Below are positions 23,703-38,700 of a stretch of DNA of 64,000 bases, piece after piece; position 1 is the first letter of the stretch; each line of letters opens with the position of its first letter. Source of the stretch: Tubiluchus corallicola (Eukaryota > Animalia > Priapulida). The stretch lies in NCBI GenBank assembly GCA_030141605.1, contig JAQGDQ010000146.1, positions 193,933-257,932 of the forward strand, in the 5' to 3' direction. The notes beneath the pieces are model-generated. The model saw only the letters and a program-made list of their open reading frames with translations, made no database searches and was not told the origin of the DNA. The translations under genes and the position numbers were made by a program.

Positions 23703-26700
23703 TTGCTGCAATAAGCCTTTTCACGGTTTCATTGTTCGCACAGACTGCTAGGTGGCGGGCCGTCACTTCGTTGACCAAGCAGTTGCTGTAGGTCAAAGGG
23801 TAAGTGTGCCGCAGCAACGCGTCTTAACTACAGCCGTCACGTGACACGTTGGTAAAGGAAAGCTGTCTGTCAATTCAGTTCAGTAACTTCAATTTTTTTA
23901 CGTTGACTTTACTTAATTATACATTAGTCTGTATGTAGAGTGATTTACTAGCAGGATCTTGCTTGGTAACAAGAAAAAATAAACTATGTAAGGTTCTAGC
24001 CAGCCAGTAAAACTGTTACTATTGCAATAGCTTGGGCTGCGAGGCATTGTCCAGTGTACACAAATGAATTGTCTGGTGCACTTAACCTTTGACCTTTTCA
24101 CGTTCATCATCAATCGTTGGAACTGTGAAAAGGTTTACTATGCAGTTATTTTGGATTATGAGCGAAAACACTATAATTTGGTGGAAAAGACAATAATTTG
24201 CTGGAAAATACTAAAATACTATAATTTGGTGGAAAATACAATAATTTGGTGGAAAGTGTTTTGATTTGGTGGAAAGTACAATAGTTTGGTGGAAAATACA
24301 ATAATTTGGTGGAGAGTACTATGATTTGGTGGAAAATACAATAGTTTGGTGGAAAATACAATAATTTGGTGGAAAGTATTATAATTTGGTGGAAAGTACA
24401 ATAATTTTTAGCCTCCAATACAATAGCCAGCATCATACAAAACCACTGATAATCTAGTACTATTTTTTCCAGAATTTTGCAAAAGGTATGTGACAACAAC
24501 TACTAACATGCTATCTTATTATGACGAAGGAAAAACCGGTGCAAGAACACTAAAGAAGTCCATTCCATTCGATGATGTCATAAGCATTTTGTCTTTAGAA
24601 GATGAGGAAAAAGCAGGGTATGTTTTTAGTGTTTGGCTAGTGGAGTTCTGATCATTAAAAATTATATTCTTATTTGCCGATTGTCTACTAAGAATTGTGT
24701 AATAGAATTTTATAATTTTTGCGTATAAGTATGCTCATATCTCGGTTTGCCGGACCTTGCTTTTACAGGTACAGTGAAACCTCGACTTACGAAAGCCCTA
24801 TTATACAAAAAATTCAGCATTCGAATCGGGCTTCCAAGAAATTTCCATCTCATTTAATGAAATAATATTCAAGTTACGAAAACGAAAATTGAAAGTGCCC
24901 GCCCGACAGTGGTCCTCCCAGAAAGCATTTCGTAGCATCGCGTGAACGCTTTGTTGTGCTCTTATCTCACATGAACGCTTTCAATAATCACGGGTCTGAA
25001 AAAAGCAAGTGCCAGTGGTGGTGATAAGAAGAAAAGGATGATGTTGATGGAAACAAAGCTTGAATATGGAAACATAGCTAAATATGAAAGTGGCATGCGT
25101 TTAAGTTCTATCGCAAGGGAGTTTGCGCGAAACTCTTCGACAATCGGTCATTAACGAACATATTTCTTTCGGATGGGTACAGCATTTTCACTTTATACGA
25201 CTGTTTTCGGGGGGCGGTTTGAGGGGGGAGGGCTGGAACGAATTACCCCCATTTATAGGGTAAATCTTGTCTCATAATACGAAAATTCTAAGATGCAAAA
25301 GCCCCTTTGGAATGAATGAATTTCGTATCTCGAGGTATCACCGTATCGGAAAATTCCGACAAAATCTGGACCGTTAAAATGTCCCGCATACTACGGACAC
25401 GGTCCGTTATTTCGTGGACAGACTGCTAGGTGGTGGGCCGTCACTTTGTTTATACCCAAGCAGCGTGTAACGACACGTGTATAATTTGTAGTGAGTGTAA
25501 GTGCTTTAGAGTCAATTATGCGGAGTTATTTGAGTCAACTGCCTACATTTTTTTATATACTTTTGCGTAGGAGCGGCCTGTATTAGACGTTTTTGAGATT
25601 GATTCTATATTACCGTGAGTTTAGCACACGGCGCCTACTGTATTAGCTTAGTATCGGAAAATACGGATCATAGGTAAATTCGGATCGACGGCTACCCGCT
25701 TTTGTTTGGCGAACTGAAATATGATTGTACCTTTTCAATATATTGGCTTGCTGCAATAGTATGACGTGAATATTGAAAAGTTTTTGCTAAGAACTTACCA
25801 AGTGTTGGTTATATCTAATTTGCGTAGGAGCCACATTTTCCCTGATAGTTCATCACCTTTCCAGGAGGTTTCTGTTCTTATTTGCACCTTTAAAACGCAA
25901 AAAAAATTCAGTGCCTCCCAACTCTGAGTGCCTGAAATCTTATGTGTGCAGTGAATAGTATGGCAAATAAATGTGTTGTTCTTTGTGCATTTCCATGCCA
26001 GGATGATAATGCACTGTAAACTTGTTTGATTTGCTCTTAGCCTGTGTCAGGCATGTTTTACTCCATATAGAACACAGCTAAGTCGATTATTACCTGTTTT
26101 ATACGCATTATTTGTACGTATGTGTGCTTGCATAGCAAAATCATCCACAAGTCAGCAATTAAGCTTTTCTAGTTATTCACACATCCTGAATCTCCATTTC
26201 ATGAGGATCATTTTTGTACCAAGCTCATCACTCTATGTTATTTCTAAGCTGAGATAATCCGCGTTGAAGTTGAGGTGCAGGCTATGCAGTGAAAAATATA
26301 ATTTTGAGAAAATCACCGTTAAAGTCAGCCATTGTTTTTTGTCGCGTTTCTACAAAACACTTAGCAACCGCACAAATGATGGTTGTTACTCACTTTGCAA
26401 GAACACATTGAACTTATGTTTAAATCCAGTAGATGGCTCTTCCTGATGAAGATCTGGACATCGCAACAGAAAAACCCGAAGCAAAATGACAGCTTTCAGG
26501 AGCTACAATCGGAGTTTAAAAATACAAGTTTTTTACAATTGCAGTACTAGTTTCTAGCCAAAACAATGTATATGAGTTTATAAAATTGGATTTTTAGTAT
26601 TTTTTGAACATTTCTTAATAATTTGATGCTAGAATGTAAAACTCCAATATATTTAGTGTTGGTTTTTATAAAATATTGAAAATTGACATTTGACCAAATT

Positions 26701-29700
26701 TTTGGTGCTTTCTACTTGGAAGCAAAGTAACGTAGTTTTAACTATGCCGACTTTTGGACGGTTTTGCTTTGCAAGCATACAAATTATCAGATGTATAATA
26801 TATTTTGTAAGTAATTGAACTCAAATGAATGGCTTCACATTTTTATCTTATTTCAGCCGGCGCTTTTGCTTTGAACTGAATACGAAGAACAAGCATGGAA
26901 TTAGAACTTATCTGTTTAGTGCAGACAGCGATGAGAAAAGGAACATTTGGTTGAAAATACTGTCACGGGTTTGTAATGTTACCTCGGTCCTATTTATGAT
27001 TGCGTTTTTTATGTTTTTGTAAGGGTTGTCCCTTTAACCCTTTCACTATGGAAGGCAGCACACTGTCGCCTATGTTTTTCTTGTAAGGGTCGGAAGGCGA
27101 TAGACTGCCGCTCAAACTCAACACTAAGCTCAGTCACCCAGGTCTGTTTATTTTACTGCTATGACCATGCAAAACCTTGTAGAAAAGTTTAACAGCCGTG
27201 GGAATGTGGTTGCTTCGCAGCAATTAGCGCTAACCAGCCAATCAGCATCTGAAGCCAGGTGTATTCCATAATACTGTCCTATATGGTATGTTCCCACTCA
27301 AAATCACTTGTAGATCGTTGATGAAATGTATGTTTAGTTGATTGACCTGCATTCTTACAAAATGATTGCGCATTATGAATTAGTATAGTGTCTATTGTGA
27401 AAACTAGTTTTTAAATATAATTACATACTTATTTTTGAGGGTGTGTGTGGCTGCGTGCGTGCTTGTGTGCATGTATGTGTGCTCGTACGTGTGATGTGTG
27501 TGCATGTGTAGAAGTAAAACTATTACTTAATATTAGTACTCAATAATGAACAACTATTTATTTATTTACAAGATTCTGTTTTAGTAACACACCACAAGAA
27601 GTTATTGTCAAGCATGCAAAAGTCAATGTGGCTCGGTTAAAAAGCAACTACGTAGTGAAAGGGTTAAAGAGATCTGTGTTGGAGTCCGTGACTGCCATTT
27701 ATTAGTTGTTTTAATAGTTTTATTTACAAATGGAAATTTGGCTTTCATGCGTTTGCTTAGCCTATTTGTAAAAAAAGAACTCCTAAATCTAGATGGGAAC
27801 CAAAACACGTTTAGACAACTTCGTTTATTGTTTCACAGAATGTTGTACCACTCAGTTTAGAATCCAACCTTTGCGTGGGAATTGAAGCTTTCACTAGGGC
27901 TGGTTATATGTCTGCACAGGAAGGTATATCTGGGGTAAGTTATTAATTAACTTTACCTTTATAATGTTCAGCATTCAACCGTAGCTGCATATTTTTGTAT
28001 TGCTAAGCCATAACCAAGTTCAGATGTGGGACGTTTACGGCTGAAAAACTTGACGTCTTTCTGTTTATGATATTCCTGAACAAAATTACAATTTGTCAAA
28101 GGTCTGCCTTGTTTGATACAGTAGGTGCCTTTTATTAGACTCACGGTTAATAGAATCAGTCGCCTAATTGACTCAAGAACTTTTCCTTCACATACTTAAA
28201 ATAAGACACTTGTGTGTGCCCAAAGAGCTTTTATTGCTTTTACATCATCTTTACGTCGATTTTGTGCACTATAATATAGGTAGAAACAGTCATGTTAAGT
28301 ACAACTTTGTTTATAAGCAGGTACAGTATGTTTATCATATGCATTAATATGTTGGCTTAGTGGTTTTGTTTTGAATCTATCACCCGCGTGTCCACTGCAG
28401 TTAACCTCATTTTTTCTGGAAGCTAAACATTTAATCACTTGCGGTTTGTTTTTGAAGTTCCCACTGCTTTTCACAGGAGAAACAAGGTACCAAATGCAGC
28501 TTAAGCACTAAATGACTAGGTGTTTTGGGTGAATGTGTGCAGCATACAGCAACAGATTTTCAATGTTTTTGTCACTACGAGAATTTCATAAACCAACTTC
28601 TTCGTGAAGAAATGAAGCAACCGAGCTTGCATAAATTTTTGTAACTTTTAGTTGAAATAATCAGATTTTAGCAATTTTTACTTTTTTTATTAATTCACTT
28701 ATAGATATTATGCTCTTAAATAATTGTACGTAGGAATTTTGACATTAAATCATTTCTAAAATTCATTTCAAACTTTTGCAATTCATACTAAGGTGACGAG
28801 TGATGACTCATACTTGTATAGTAGTAATAGGCTACATTAGTCAGCTAATTGAATCAATTAATCGGTTAACTGGGTCAAAACATTTCCATCCAAAGTGAGT
28901 CTATTAAACGGTGACTACCGTATCTTTGGTCGTTTGTCATTGAAAACACCCTTGCTGAGATAAATTCTCACTATCCTCTGCTCATCACAAATCTACAGGA
29001 ATGCTGTTATTTTTGCACTGTCAAATTCCTTGCATTTAGATATAAAACAAAATTAACGAGTTTCTACTCATGAACGGCTATCTGCACAGGCAAGTTAGTG
29101 TTTGGACGTAGCCTAGAATTTTACGTTTTTAGGAAAGGACACGTCATGTGGCATGTTTGGTTTATTTTACTGTTATCACTTAAATTGTTTGTGCTAAAGG
29201 GAAGAACAAATCGCTCAGCATGTTTGGTCTATTCTACTTTTATCAGTTAAACTTATAAGAAAGAAATTTATCAAAACATTTTTACAAAGAATAAATCTAA
29301 AATACACTACAGCTGAAAAGAAATTTTGCTTTTCTTTAGTTTCTCTACTTTATAATAAAAATTTTGTATAAATAAATGATTACATGGATAAGTGGTAAGA
29401 AATTCTTCCATTAAGACATCCATTAAGAGTCTTCCATTAAGTGCTTTTAGTTGTTAGGATTTTTACGGTTAACAGTACTTCAGTTTGTCGCTGCTTTCAA
29501 ATGCTTTGATTTAAGACGATTGTTTATGGACCCCTCAATGTGATCACGGCTTGATCACCCTTTTGTATTTCAGGATCCCAGGTTGGTTTGGGTAGAACTG
29601 AGAAGAAAAGAGCTCTTTTGGGGTGGTCAGGTAATGCAGTTTTTTCTTATTTATAGCAACCGTTTGGTTCATTAACCGGTTAACTGTTTCAAATTTCTAT

Positions 29701-32700
29701 GTACAAATATGAAGTAGTAAATCTTACAATACAATATGACGGTAAGTCCTTGCTTAACGACGCTAATGCGAGGGAAAGGGACGTTAAGTGAAATGGTAGA
29801 AACGGTACTGTCAATCTTTGCTATGAGAACGAGAATGAGATGCTGTATTACATATTATAGTGAGAAAACCAGGAAGTGGAGCCACCTAGGTGTTGATGAT
29901 GACAATCTAATATATGTGCAATTTGTCGCAATTACAGTGGAAAAAGTATTTGTCCCAAAAGTTATATTTACATCTACTGGAGATTTATTACTACAGTCAA
30001 CCTCTGATATAAGGGTCACCTCTGGACCGGAAAAAACTGTCCCTTATATCCGACGTCCTTTATAGCCGAAGTTGAGGAAAAAATTACCCGGAAAATTTCC
30101 GATATTTTCTGTACTTTTACCCATATTTTATGGATCAGTGCAAATGGTGTGTAGGAAGCTCCTTCAGTGATACGAGATGTATGTGATTGCAAAAACCGAG
30201 CTGTTAGAAAGCCGAGTTTGCGAAAAATTGAGGTTAAAAATCGATCAATTTCACTTTGATCATAGTGTCCCTTATATGCGAGGTAATTTACCTGGGTTTC
30301 TATTACGCGGACTTGAAGATATCGTCCATTATAACAGAAAGTCCCTTATATCCGAGTACCTTATGTACGAAAATTTTTACATAGGAAAAACATTACGAAA
30401 AATCGGGACCGGTGTTGGTGGTCCCTTATAAGCGAGTATCTTATACCCGTGGTTGACTGTATATAAGCTAATACTTGCTGAGATGGTATAGTGGCATATA
30501 ATAGTGCATCTGTAAAACAGAAACAAATGCATTGGCCTGGCTTTCAACTCTTCAAAAATATTCACATTTTACATTTCATTTTTACTTTATACATACTAGT
30601 GGTTATGTGTTGGTGCCTGCATGTACGTAGTCTGGTCCCTGTGCTGTGACTTCGTTAAACTCAGATTGCACTGCTTGCACTATTTGTGTGCTTGCAGAGC
30701 AAAAACATCCGTAGCTCACGTCAGGCATGTTTTACTCTGTATAGAATAAATACAACCTAAGTCGATTATTACCTGTTTTGTACGCATCATTTGCATGTTT
30801 AGATACATATGTGTGCTTGCAGAGAAAATCATCCGTAAGTTGGCAATTAAGCTTTTCTAGTTATTCACGTACCTTGAATCTCCATTTCATGAGGATCATT
30901 TTGATACCAAACTCATCACTCTACATTATTTCTAAGCTGAGATAATCCACGTTGAAGTTGAGGTGCACGGCTACCCACTGAAAAACATAATCTTGAAAAA
31001 ATCACTGTTAAAGTTAGCCATTGTTTTTTCACGTATCCTGAACGTCCATTTCATGAGGATCATTTTGATACCAAGCTCATCACTCTATGTTATTTCTAAG
31101 CTGAGATAATCCACGTTGAAGTTGAGGTGCAGGTTACACACTGAAAAACATAACCTTGAGAAAATCACTGTTAAAGTCAGCCATTGTTTTTTGTCACGTT
31201 TTGATAAAACGCTTAGCAACCACACAAATGTTGGTTGCTACAGACTTTGCAAGAACACATTGAAGTTATGTTTAAATCCAGTAGATGGCTCTTTTTCATG
31301 AAGAAATGGGCTTGGCAACAGAAAAAACTGAAGCAAAATGGCTGCTTACACAAGCTACAATCAGAGTTTGAAAATACAAGTTTTGTACAATTGCAGTACT
31401 AGTTTCTAGCCAGAAAAGTGGGTACGGTGTTATAAACTTAAATTTTTAGTGTTTTTTAAACATTTTCTTGATAATTTGATGCTAGAATATAAAAGTCCAA
31501 TATATTTAGTGGTTATGTTCTTAAAAAAACAAAAAAATGGCATTTGACCAAATTTTTGGTGCATTCTACATTGAAGCGTCACAACATAGTTTTAACTATG
31601 CCGACTCATGGACGGTTTTGGTTTGCAGGTGCACGTATATCTTGTCTGTAGGTGGTCAAGTTATGCAGAGCTTCTTGTAGTCATGACTATATTTACAATT
31701 TATATTTCAGGACGATGTGAAAATGGATGCGATAGATCTGCGCAAAATATCACAGATAAGTAAGTTTTACATATTAGTTCACGTTTGTTAGTATGTTTTT
31801 GTCTTCCTTAACATTTCTGTGGCTAGTTTTCCATCACTTGCCTCGTTTTTGCAAGTTTTTAATTAGGTGTTTCAGTCTATGCCGAATGGTCTAAGATCAT
31901 CTGACACTAATACTTTAGTACAACCTAGAAGTATTCTTGTTTCAGCTACAGATAAATCTTTTACCAGTGCTGCTTCTTTATGGAATACGCTTTTAGATGA
32001 GGTTAAAAACTCCCAAAGTGTTGCTGTTTTAAACATGAAATTAAAACGTTTTGTTCCTAGATGCTTTTCCTCTCCTTTCTTATTTTAATTTGTGTCTGCA
32101 TAGGTTAGTAGAGTTAGTCTTTTACGTTTATACATAATTGTGTCCTTTAAACGAAAACCGGATGATTGTGTAAACACGAGTTTATGATAAAGAATGCTCT
32201 AAAATATTGAAAACTACAATAGCTTTTTTTAAATCAAAGCTTAGATTAAATAATAATTACCTCGGATACTCAAATTTTGTTAAACTTTCAAAGCTACGCG
32301 CGGCTCAGTGAATCTACTATTATTGTCACATTCGCCTGTACGATAAAGAGAAGGCGGTACCACAATAAGTATGGTCATGAACTGCAGTGGTAGTCTCTGA
32401 CATAAGCAATAGCTGTGTTCGGTTGCCGTTAATTGACTATCTAAGCTAATTATTGAAATATAAGGAACAATTGTTAACTTTTATAGGCAAGAAAACGTAT
32501 ATTTTGGACAGTAAATTGATTTGAGATTGAATCTAAACACTCATCCGGTCGTCCATTAAAGTTTGGTTTGTAGATTTCTTTTAAATTTTAAGTGTCTGTA
32601 CAACAAAGAACATTGTTATAGGGATTTTAGGCAATGAAATTATTATTACTATGACTAAATGAACTGATGCAAGACAAATCAAAAGAAACCAATGTTTTTT

Positions 32701-35700
32701 CTTCATATAATTTTTTTTGTAGATATAAATTCCAATGATGGTCCGGATAACCCAGTAGTAGTCATAGTCAGTCCGGGTCGGTCCATCCATTTACAGGGAG
32801 ACACGAAAAGAGAGACTATGGCCTGGTTTGAGGCAATAAGGAAGTCTGCTTCTGTGAGTATCTATGTTTGCCTGCATCTGCATGTGCGTGCATGCGCATG
32901 CAGATGACTATGTATATGATGCTGTTTCAGTCAATAATTTGGCGAGATCAGCTGTCATTGTTTGGCCCAACACTATGCATATGAACATGTTTCCAGGCAG
33001 TTTAATAGTTTTTGCCTGGTATCAACTACAATTCCCACTATGTTTTGGTTAATATCAGAATAAACATTTCTCAGTTTTGTTGCGTTTGTTTGCTAAATAT
33101 CTTACTGCTTTTTAGTGGTTAGTGTTGCACCCTAAAATTAAAAAACACAAACTGTTTTCCTAAATGCGTTATTCAAATGTAACTGAAATTAGACTAGTAT
33201 ACGCTGTATAATCATGTTGTAAAAGTCATTTTTGAAGTTGTTGTCCAGTTTTTTATATGCTTGGGTTTAGACACACAGAGAAGTATGGATAGGAACCAAA
33301 AATCTATAATAAATATTTGCATTGCACACAACAGAAAAGTGTTTATTGAACTAGAGAAACATGAATAGAAAACTGCTGCACTGAACATTGAGCAAAACCG
33401 GCCTCCAAAAAAACAGTCAGTAGAACCTGTTTCACAGCCCAGCCTGTATACAGGTATTGAACCTGACCTATGCAAAGTTGCACAGGCTTCACAACGACCA
33501 TTAACTTAAAATAGGACAGTGTGTATGTAGTCACTGGACCATACAATTATACTGAAGGTAAGTCAGGTAGTAGAATGTAACAACATTAGCACATAGAAGG
33601 CAGCACCTAACTACAATGTACAAATACCAACTTCCACAGGATCGAGTCGAGAATTTTGTGGCAATTAGATGTGTTTAGAATTTAATATGTTGTAGTTTTA
33701 CATGTTTTTTCTTTGTTTTATTACGTGGTAGAAAAGTTTATAGCAACTGCATAAAAGGAACCACTTGCAGAAAATTTTAGCTGACAGCTTAAAGGACTGA
33801 ATTTGTAGAGAGCTTGAAATATACTCGCCTGAAGTTAGTATAGACTGTTGTTGCAGACTGGTTCACTCTGGTGGTTGAAACAAAACTATGAACTTGTGTT
33901 GAACTCCGAAAGACTTTATTTCTATTTACATATTACACTATTATTTACAAGAAAGAGGACACATGGAGACCATTCACCATCAATGCTTAAGGAGAAAAAA
34001 CCCCAGGCTGGCCTTGCCAGAGCTAGCAAAGTCACATGCACCCACTGAGCTTACCTGATTGGCTACTAAAACACACTAGTAATCAACACTACCATATATG
34101 GGAAGCCCAGCAGGTACAGATGACCGAGCAGCACTGACCAAGGCCACAACCTGGATTAAACTTGACTCAGTTCAATGATAAATAATTTTAAACGTAGGTG
34201 GCAGCACATGTTAAATTATTATTGCATAACTTTAAGTTAAGAATCGCAAATGAAATGTGCAACATGTGTGGACATGATCTGAATGTTTGATCGTATTCAA
34301 TAACTCTCTTGTGTGAACTATAGCACCGATGCCCGTGATATTTGGTTTAGTATTTGGAGAAGATTTTAAAGTTGTTCGTTTACTTACTTTTTTGCACAGA
34401 CAATAGGAAGGAGTTTGGAAGATCAGCATCTTACCGAAAACGATGTTCCAACTGTCGTGGCAAGATGCATAGACTTTGTAGCAAATTATGGTAAATTTCA
34501 CTTATCATTCTATGTTAGCAACTTATTTGATTAAAAGTGCATTTGTTAATTGTCTGAAATTTACTTTCGCATATTGCCTTTAGCTCAGTTTACTGAGGTC
34601 ATCATTATTTGGCTGATAATCAACTGATGTAACATTGGCTGACTAGCTGCCGCGTCATGTGGAACGGAAAGTGTGTTAAATGTTTATTTTTATTCAGGAA
34701 AACTGAAACTTGCGTTATCTGCTGGATCACACGTACATTTGATACTGGCGTACATAAATACATAAGTGTTCACGAACTAAATTACAGACCCGTCATTAGA
34801 GCGACATAATTGCGCCGTTGAGATCCACGTACATGGACACCCACATTAATACGGTCTGTAATTTTCACTTAAAACAAAACCGGACCCAATCTTAAACTGT
34901 AGGTTAAAACAATCTGCTCTTTAAAATATTTAAAGAAAAAACATCTTAAACTGTAGGTCAAAACAATCTGCTCTTTAAAATATTTAAAGAAAAGACACCA
35001 TTTTTTCAAAAATGACTTGCGCGAAAGAATTATTACGTTTTCGAGCTACTAGTTCTTCGCTGTTACATGCATTTCGCCATTCGTTAGTTAGACGGGCACT
35101 AGTGACTATATTTCGCCAACGAATTGGATGAAAAAGAGGTGCTGTACCTCTCAGTTCAAATGTGTTAGGTTGTGACGAACTGCACACGTTCGACAGCTCA
35201 TGCGTGAGCGCACCGGTAAATTTGAAATTTGAATTTTTATCTTAAAACTTGCCTACTTTTAGTACAACACACTGAATGTCTTGTAGTAGCGCTATACTTC
35301 AATTTTGCCTTTTGCAAATACTTGCAAGGTGCCGTGGAATATTTTAGCTGTTGAAAATTATGTTAGTTTGTGATGTCATCAATAGTTGGGCTCGTCCACC
35401 GTTAATTAAGAAATTAATCTATTATATAATTATCAGAACTGCTTTTGCAGTATTAATTGTGTTAAAATGTATACTGTTTATCAGACTGGAAAATGGGGTA
35501 GTATATAAAAATCATCTTGTCTTTATTTAAATTTATACCAAACCTGTGGAAAACACAGTTAGCATCAGATACAGCAAATCAGAAATGTGTATATACGAAG
35601 TTTGATTCATTGACACTATCACTGTATCATGTGTGCGCAAGTTAAAACGTGTTGCGGTTGATTTGTTTTTGTTTCGATTCCTAAGCCTTTTATGCTCTGT

Positions 35701-38700
35701 ATATGTGTGTACTTTTATATTGTTAAGTACTTGGCTGACTTCTATAGGTTTTACATGTCAAATGTAGACCAGCGTTAACTCAAATGTAGATTTAGGTAAT
35801 TCAAATGTGTCTTGGTAACTCAAATGTAGACTTAGGTAGTTCAAATGTGTTAATAATGGTTTTCAAGAAATCTTAAGTGTTTTTGGTTAGTCAAATGTAG
35901 ACACATGTCAAGTCAAATGTGACATTGGTATTTCAAATGTGGATAGGTGGTAAAGTTTAAGGATGTTAAATTTAATCACCTTTAATCTTAATTTAATAAT
36001 TGCTGTGAAAATAATAACTTTATAGGTCTACTAATAGTTCACTTATGTTCTGTAAACTTTAGATACCATTGGAACTGTTAGAGAAAACAATACATTCTTA
36101 AAATAAACAATGTTTCTTGAGAGAAACTAATTCATTAATGCAGTGCTAATGCATTACTTAAAAAACTAATTAGTGATACACTGTTCATTGGGAAGGGATT
36201 AACAACACATTTTTCAAAGTTATGAAAGAGGTGATGACTATCTTTGGTTTATTTTTTTGTAATTTGCACTTAAATGAGCTAATTACCTGTTCATTCAAAG
36301 TAATGCATCTGCATTTGACTTATCTAAGTCACATTTAAACTTTCCTGTGTCTACATTTGACGTGTAAAACCTATACAAAAGTACTTCTATTCATTGCTCT
36401 TAGAAGTGTTTTTACACTAGGTTTGACAACTGAAGGCATTTACAGACACAGCGCTCAAGACTCAGTGGTGAAGAGTTTGTTACAGTCTTTCTTAGCAGGT
36501 ATTTTCTTCATTATTTTGGCGGGATTTATTAGAAATTTGAAGTATGAATGGATAAATGCTATATGTGTGCTTGCAAACCAAAACCATCCATAAGTCGGTA
36601 TAGTTAAAACTACGTATGGTGCTTCGAAGTAGAATATACCAAAAATTTGGTCAAATGTCAGTTTTTTTTATATTTTATGAAAAGAAATGCTAAATATATT
36701 TCTACTTTTATATTTTAACATGAAACCATCAAAAAATGTTCAAAAATACTAAAAATCTAATTTTATAACCCCCACACCCACTTTTATTTCTAGAAACTAG
36801 TACTGTGTTTGTAAAAAACTCCTATTTTCAAACTCCGATAGTAGCTCATGGAAGCTGTCATTTTGCTTCTTGTTTTTCCTGTTACCAAGCTCAGATCTTC
36901 GTCAGGAAGAGCCATCTACTGGATTTAAACATAACTTCAATGTGTTCTTGGAAAGTCTGTAGCAACCAACATTTGTATGGTTGCTAAGTGTATTGTGGAA
37001 ATGTGACAAAAAACAATGGCCAAGTTTAACAGTGATTTTCTCAAGGTTATGTTTTTCAGTGTGCAGCCTGCACCTGAACTTCAACGTGGATTATCTCAGC
37101 TTAGAAATAACACAGAGCAATGAGCTTAGTATCAAACTGATCCTCATGAAATGGAGATTCAGGATACGTGAATAACTAGAAAAACTTAATTCCGATTTAC
37201 GGACGATTTTGCTATGCAAGCACACATATTTAATTTTAGGAACCAGTTTCAGTAACCCGGTGCAGTACTCATGGTGTCACCCGGTGCAGTACTCATGTTG
37301 TCACCCTGTGCGGTACTCATGGTGTCGCCCGGTGCGGTACTCATGGTGTCGCACGGTGCGGTACTCATATTGTGACCTGGTGTGGTGGAACTCATGGTGT
37401 GACCCGGTGCAGTACTCATATACTGTTTCATACAAAATCCTTTAGTAGTATCTTACGTACGTAGCGAGCACTTGCTACATGGTGATTAGAAGAAACATCA
37501 TCTAGACAACATCATTTTGTTTTCCATCCTACTGAGTTAAAGTGCTAAGAACACGTTAGTACATTGACAATGTTTATTTTAAAATGAAACTTTTAATATT
37601 TTTAATTTTTTCATATGAGACATTTACACATTGTTTACATAAAATTCTTATTGATGAAGCGCAAGAATTTCGGTTGATAAAACTCTCTCCTTTTACATAG
37701 TTAATTGCAGCTGCAGTTATAGGCAGGCCACTCCTATACTTAAAACATTGACAGAAACTGGTTATACCTCCGCCTGTGCTCTCCATATTTCATCAGATTT
37801 TTTTGCCTTACTTAAAATCTTATTTACTGCACTTGTACTCTATCAGAAAGCCCGCCATTTAACCCAGATCACTGTAGCTGAACTAAACCAACAGCAGACA
37901 AACAGCTACAGCTATAGGCAGCCCACGATGATTCATTGCTTTCCCATATTTAGATAAAATTCGTCTTGGTAAATCGTAAGAGTTTCAGCTGATAAAACTT
38001 TTTCCTGTTAAATAGATAATTGCTGCATTTCGCCTCATTTGCATTTTCGCTACCACAAACACAACACTAGTGATATTAGTAATATTTTGTTTCAAGAAAC
38101 GCTGTAGAACTGTAAGCAATAAACCATATAAAGTGTTTAATTTATGAGCCAAATGTTATTGATTTTTCTCCTGCAAAGATAACTGAACCTTTTAACATAG
38201 CTACGCAAGCAACTGAATGTTTTTACATAGCCAAGCACTATTGATTTTTGCTTCGGGAACACAACTGAATGCTTTCATATTGTTTCTTATGTAAAACGAT
38301 GTTTCGTTTAGCGACGTTCCGTTTAGGATGCATTTTGCTGGAATGTCTTACCATTGTTAAGCGAGGACTTACTGTATGATGTTTATTAGATAATATTAGA
38401 TTTATTTAATAAACACATACTTCTCTTCTCCTTGCTGCCGGTCTAATGTTTTTAATGCGTAATTGTTTCGTTCATCAGATGCGGGTAATGTTTTTCTCAA
38501 AACCGGCGAAGGTTACAATGAACATGACATCGCTAACGTGCTCAAGCGTTATTTTAGGACGTGTCTCGATGAACCCTTGATGTGTCGCGATCGTTATGGA
38601 CCATGGATTCACGCCTCTGGTAAGCTCAGAGTTCCTTATGGTTTTCCATGTATTTTGAAAATGGTAAAATTCACTGCTGGAGTTTCATCACATAGTCAGA

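Noticed and set aside
24172-24406. CRISPR-like array (also 35758-35941 and 37256-37420)
   Set aside because: Eukaryotic intron, units about 20 nt, no unique spacers, no cas genes
26264-26446. Recurrent KLRCRL.TEKHNLEKITVK ORF (also 31116, 36902, 43137, 46235) as a small peptide gene family
   Set aside because: All lie inside TIR-bounded R1 MITE copies, begin at non-ATG codons and carry indels
26443-26495. Hammerhead core in R1 (ctgatga...gaaa)
   Set aside because: No proper stem II/III geometry and the core is not conserved in other R1 copies
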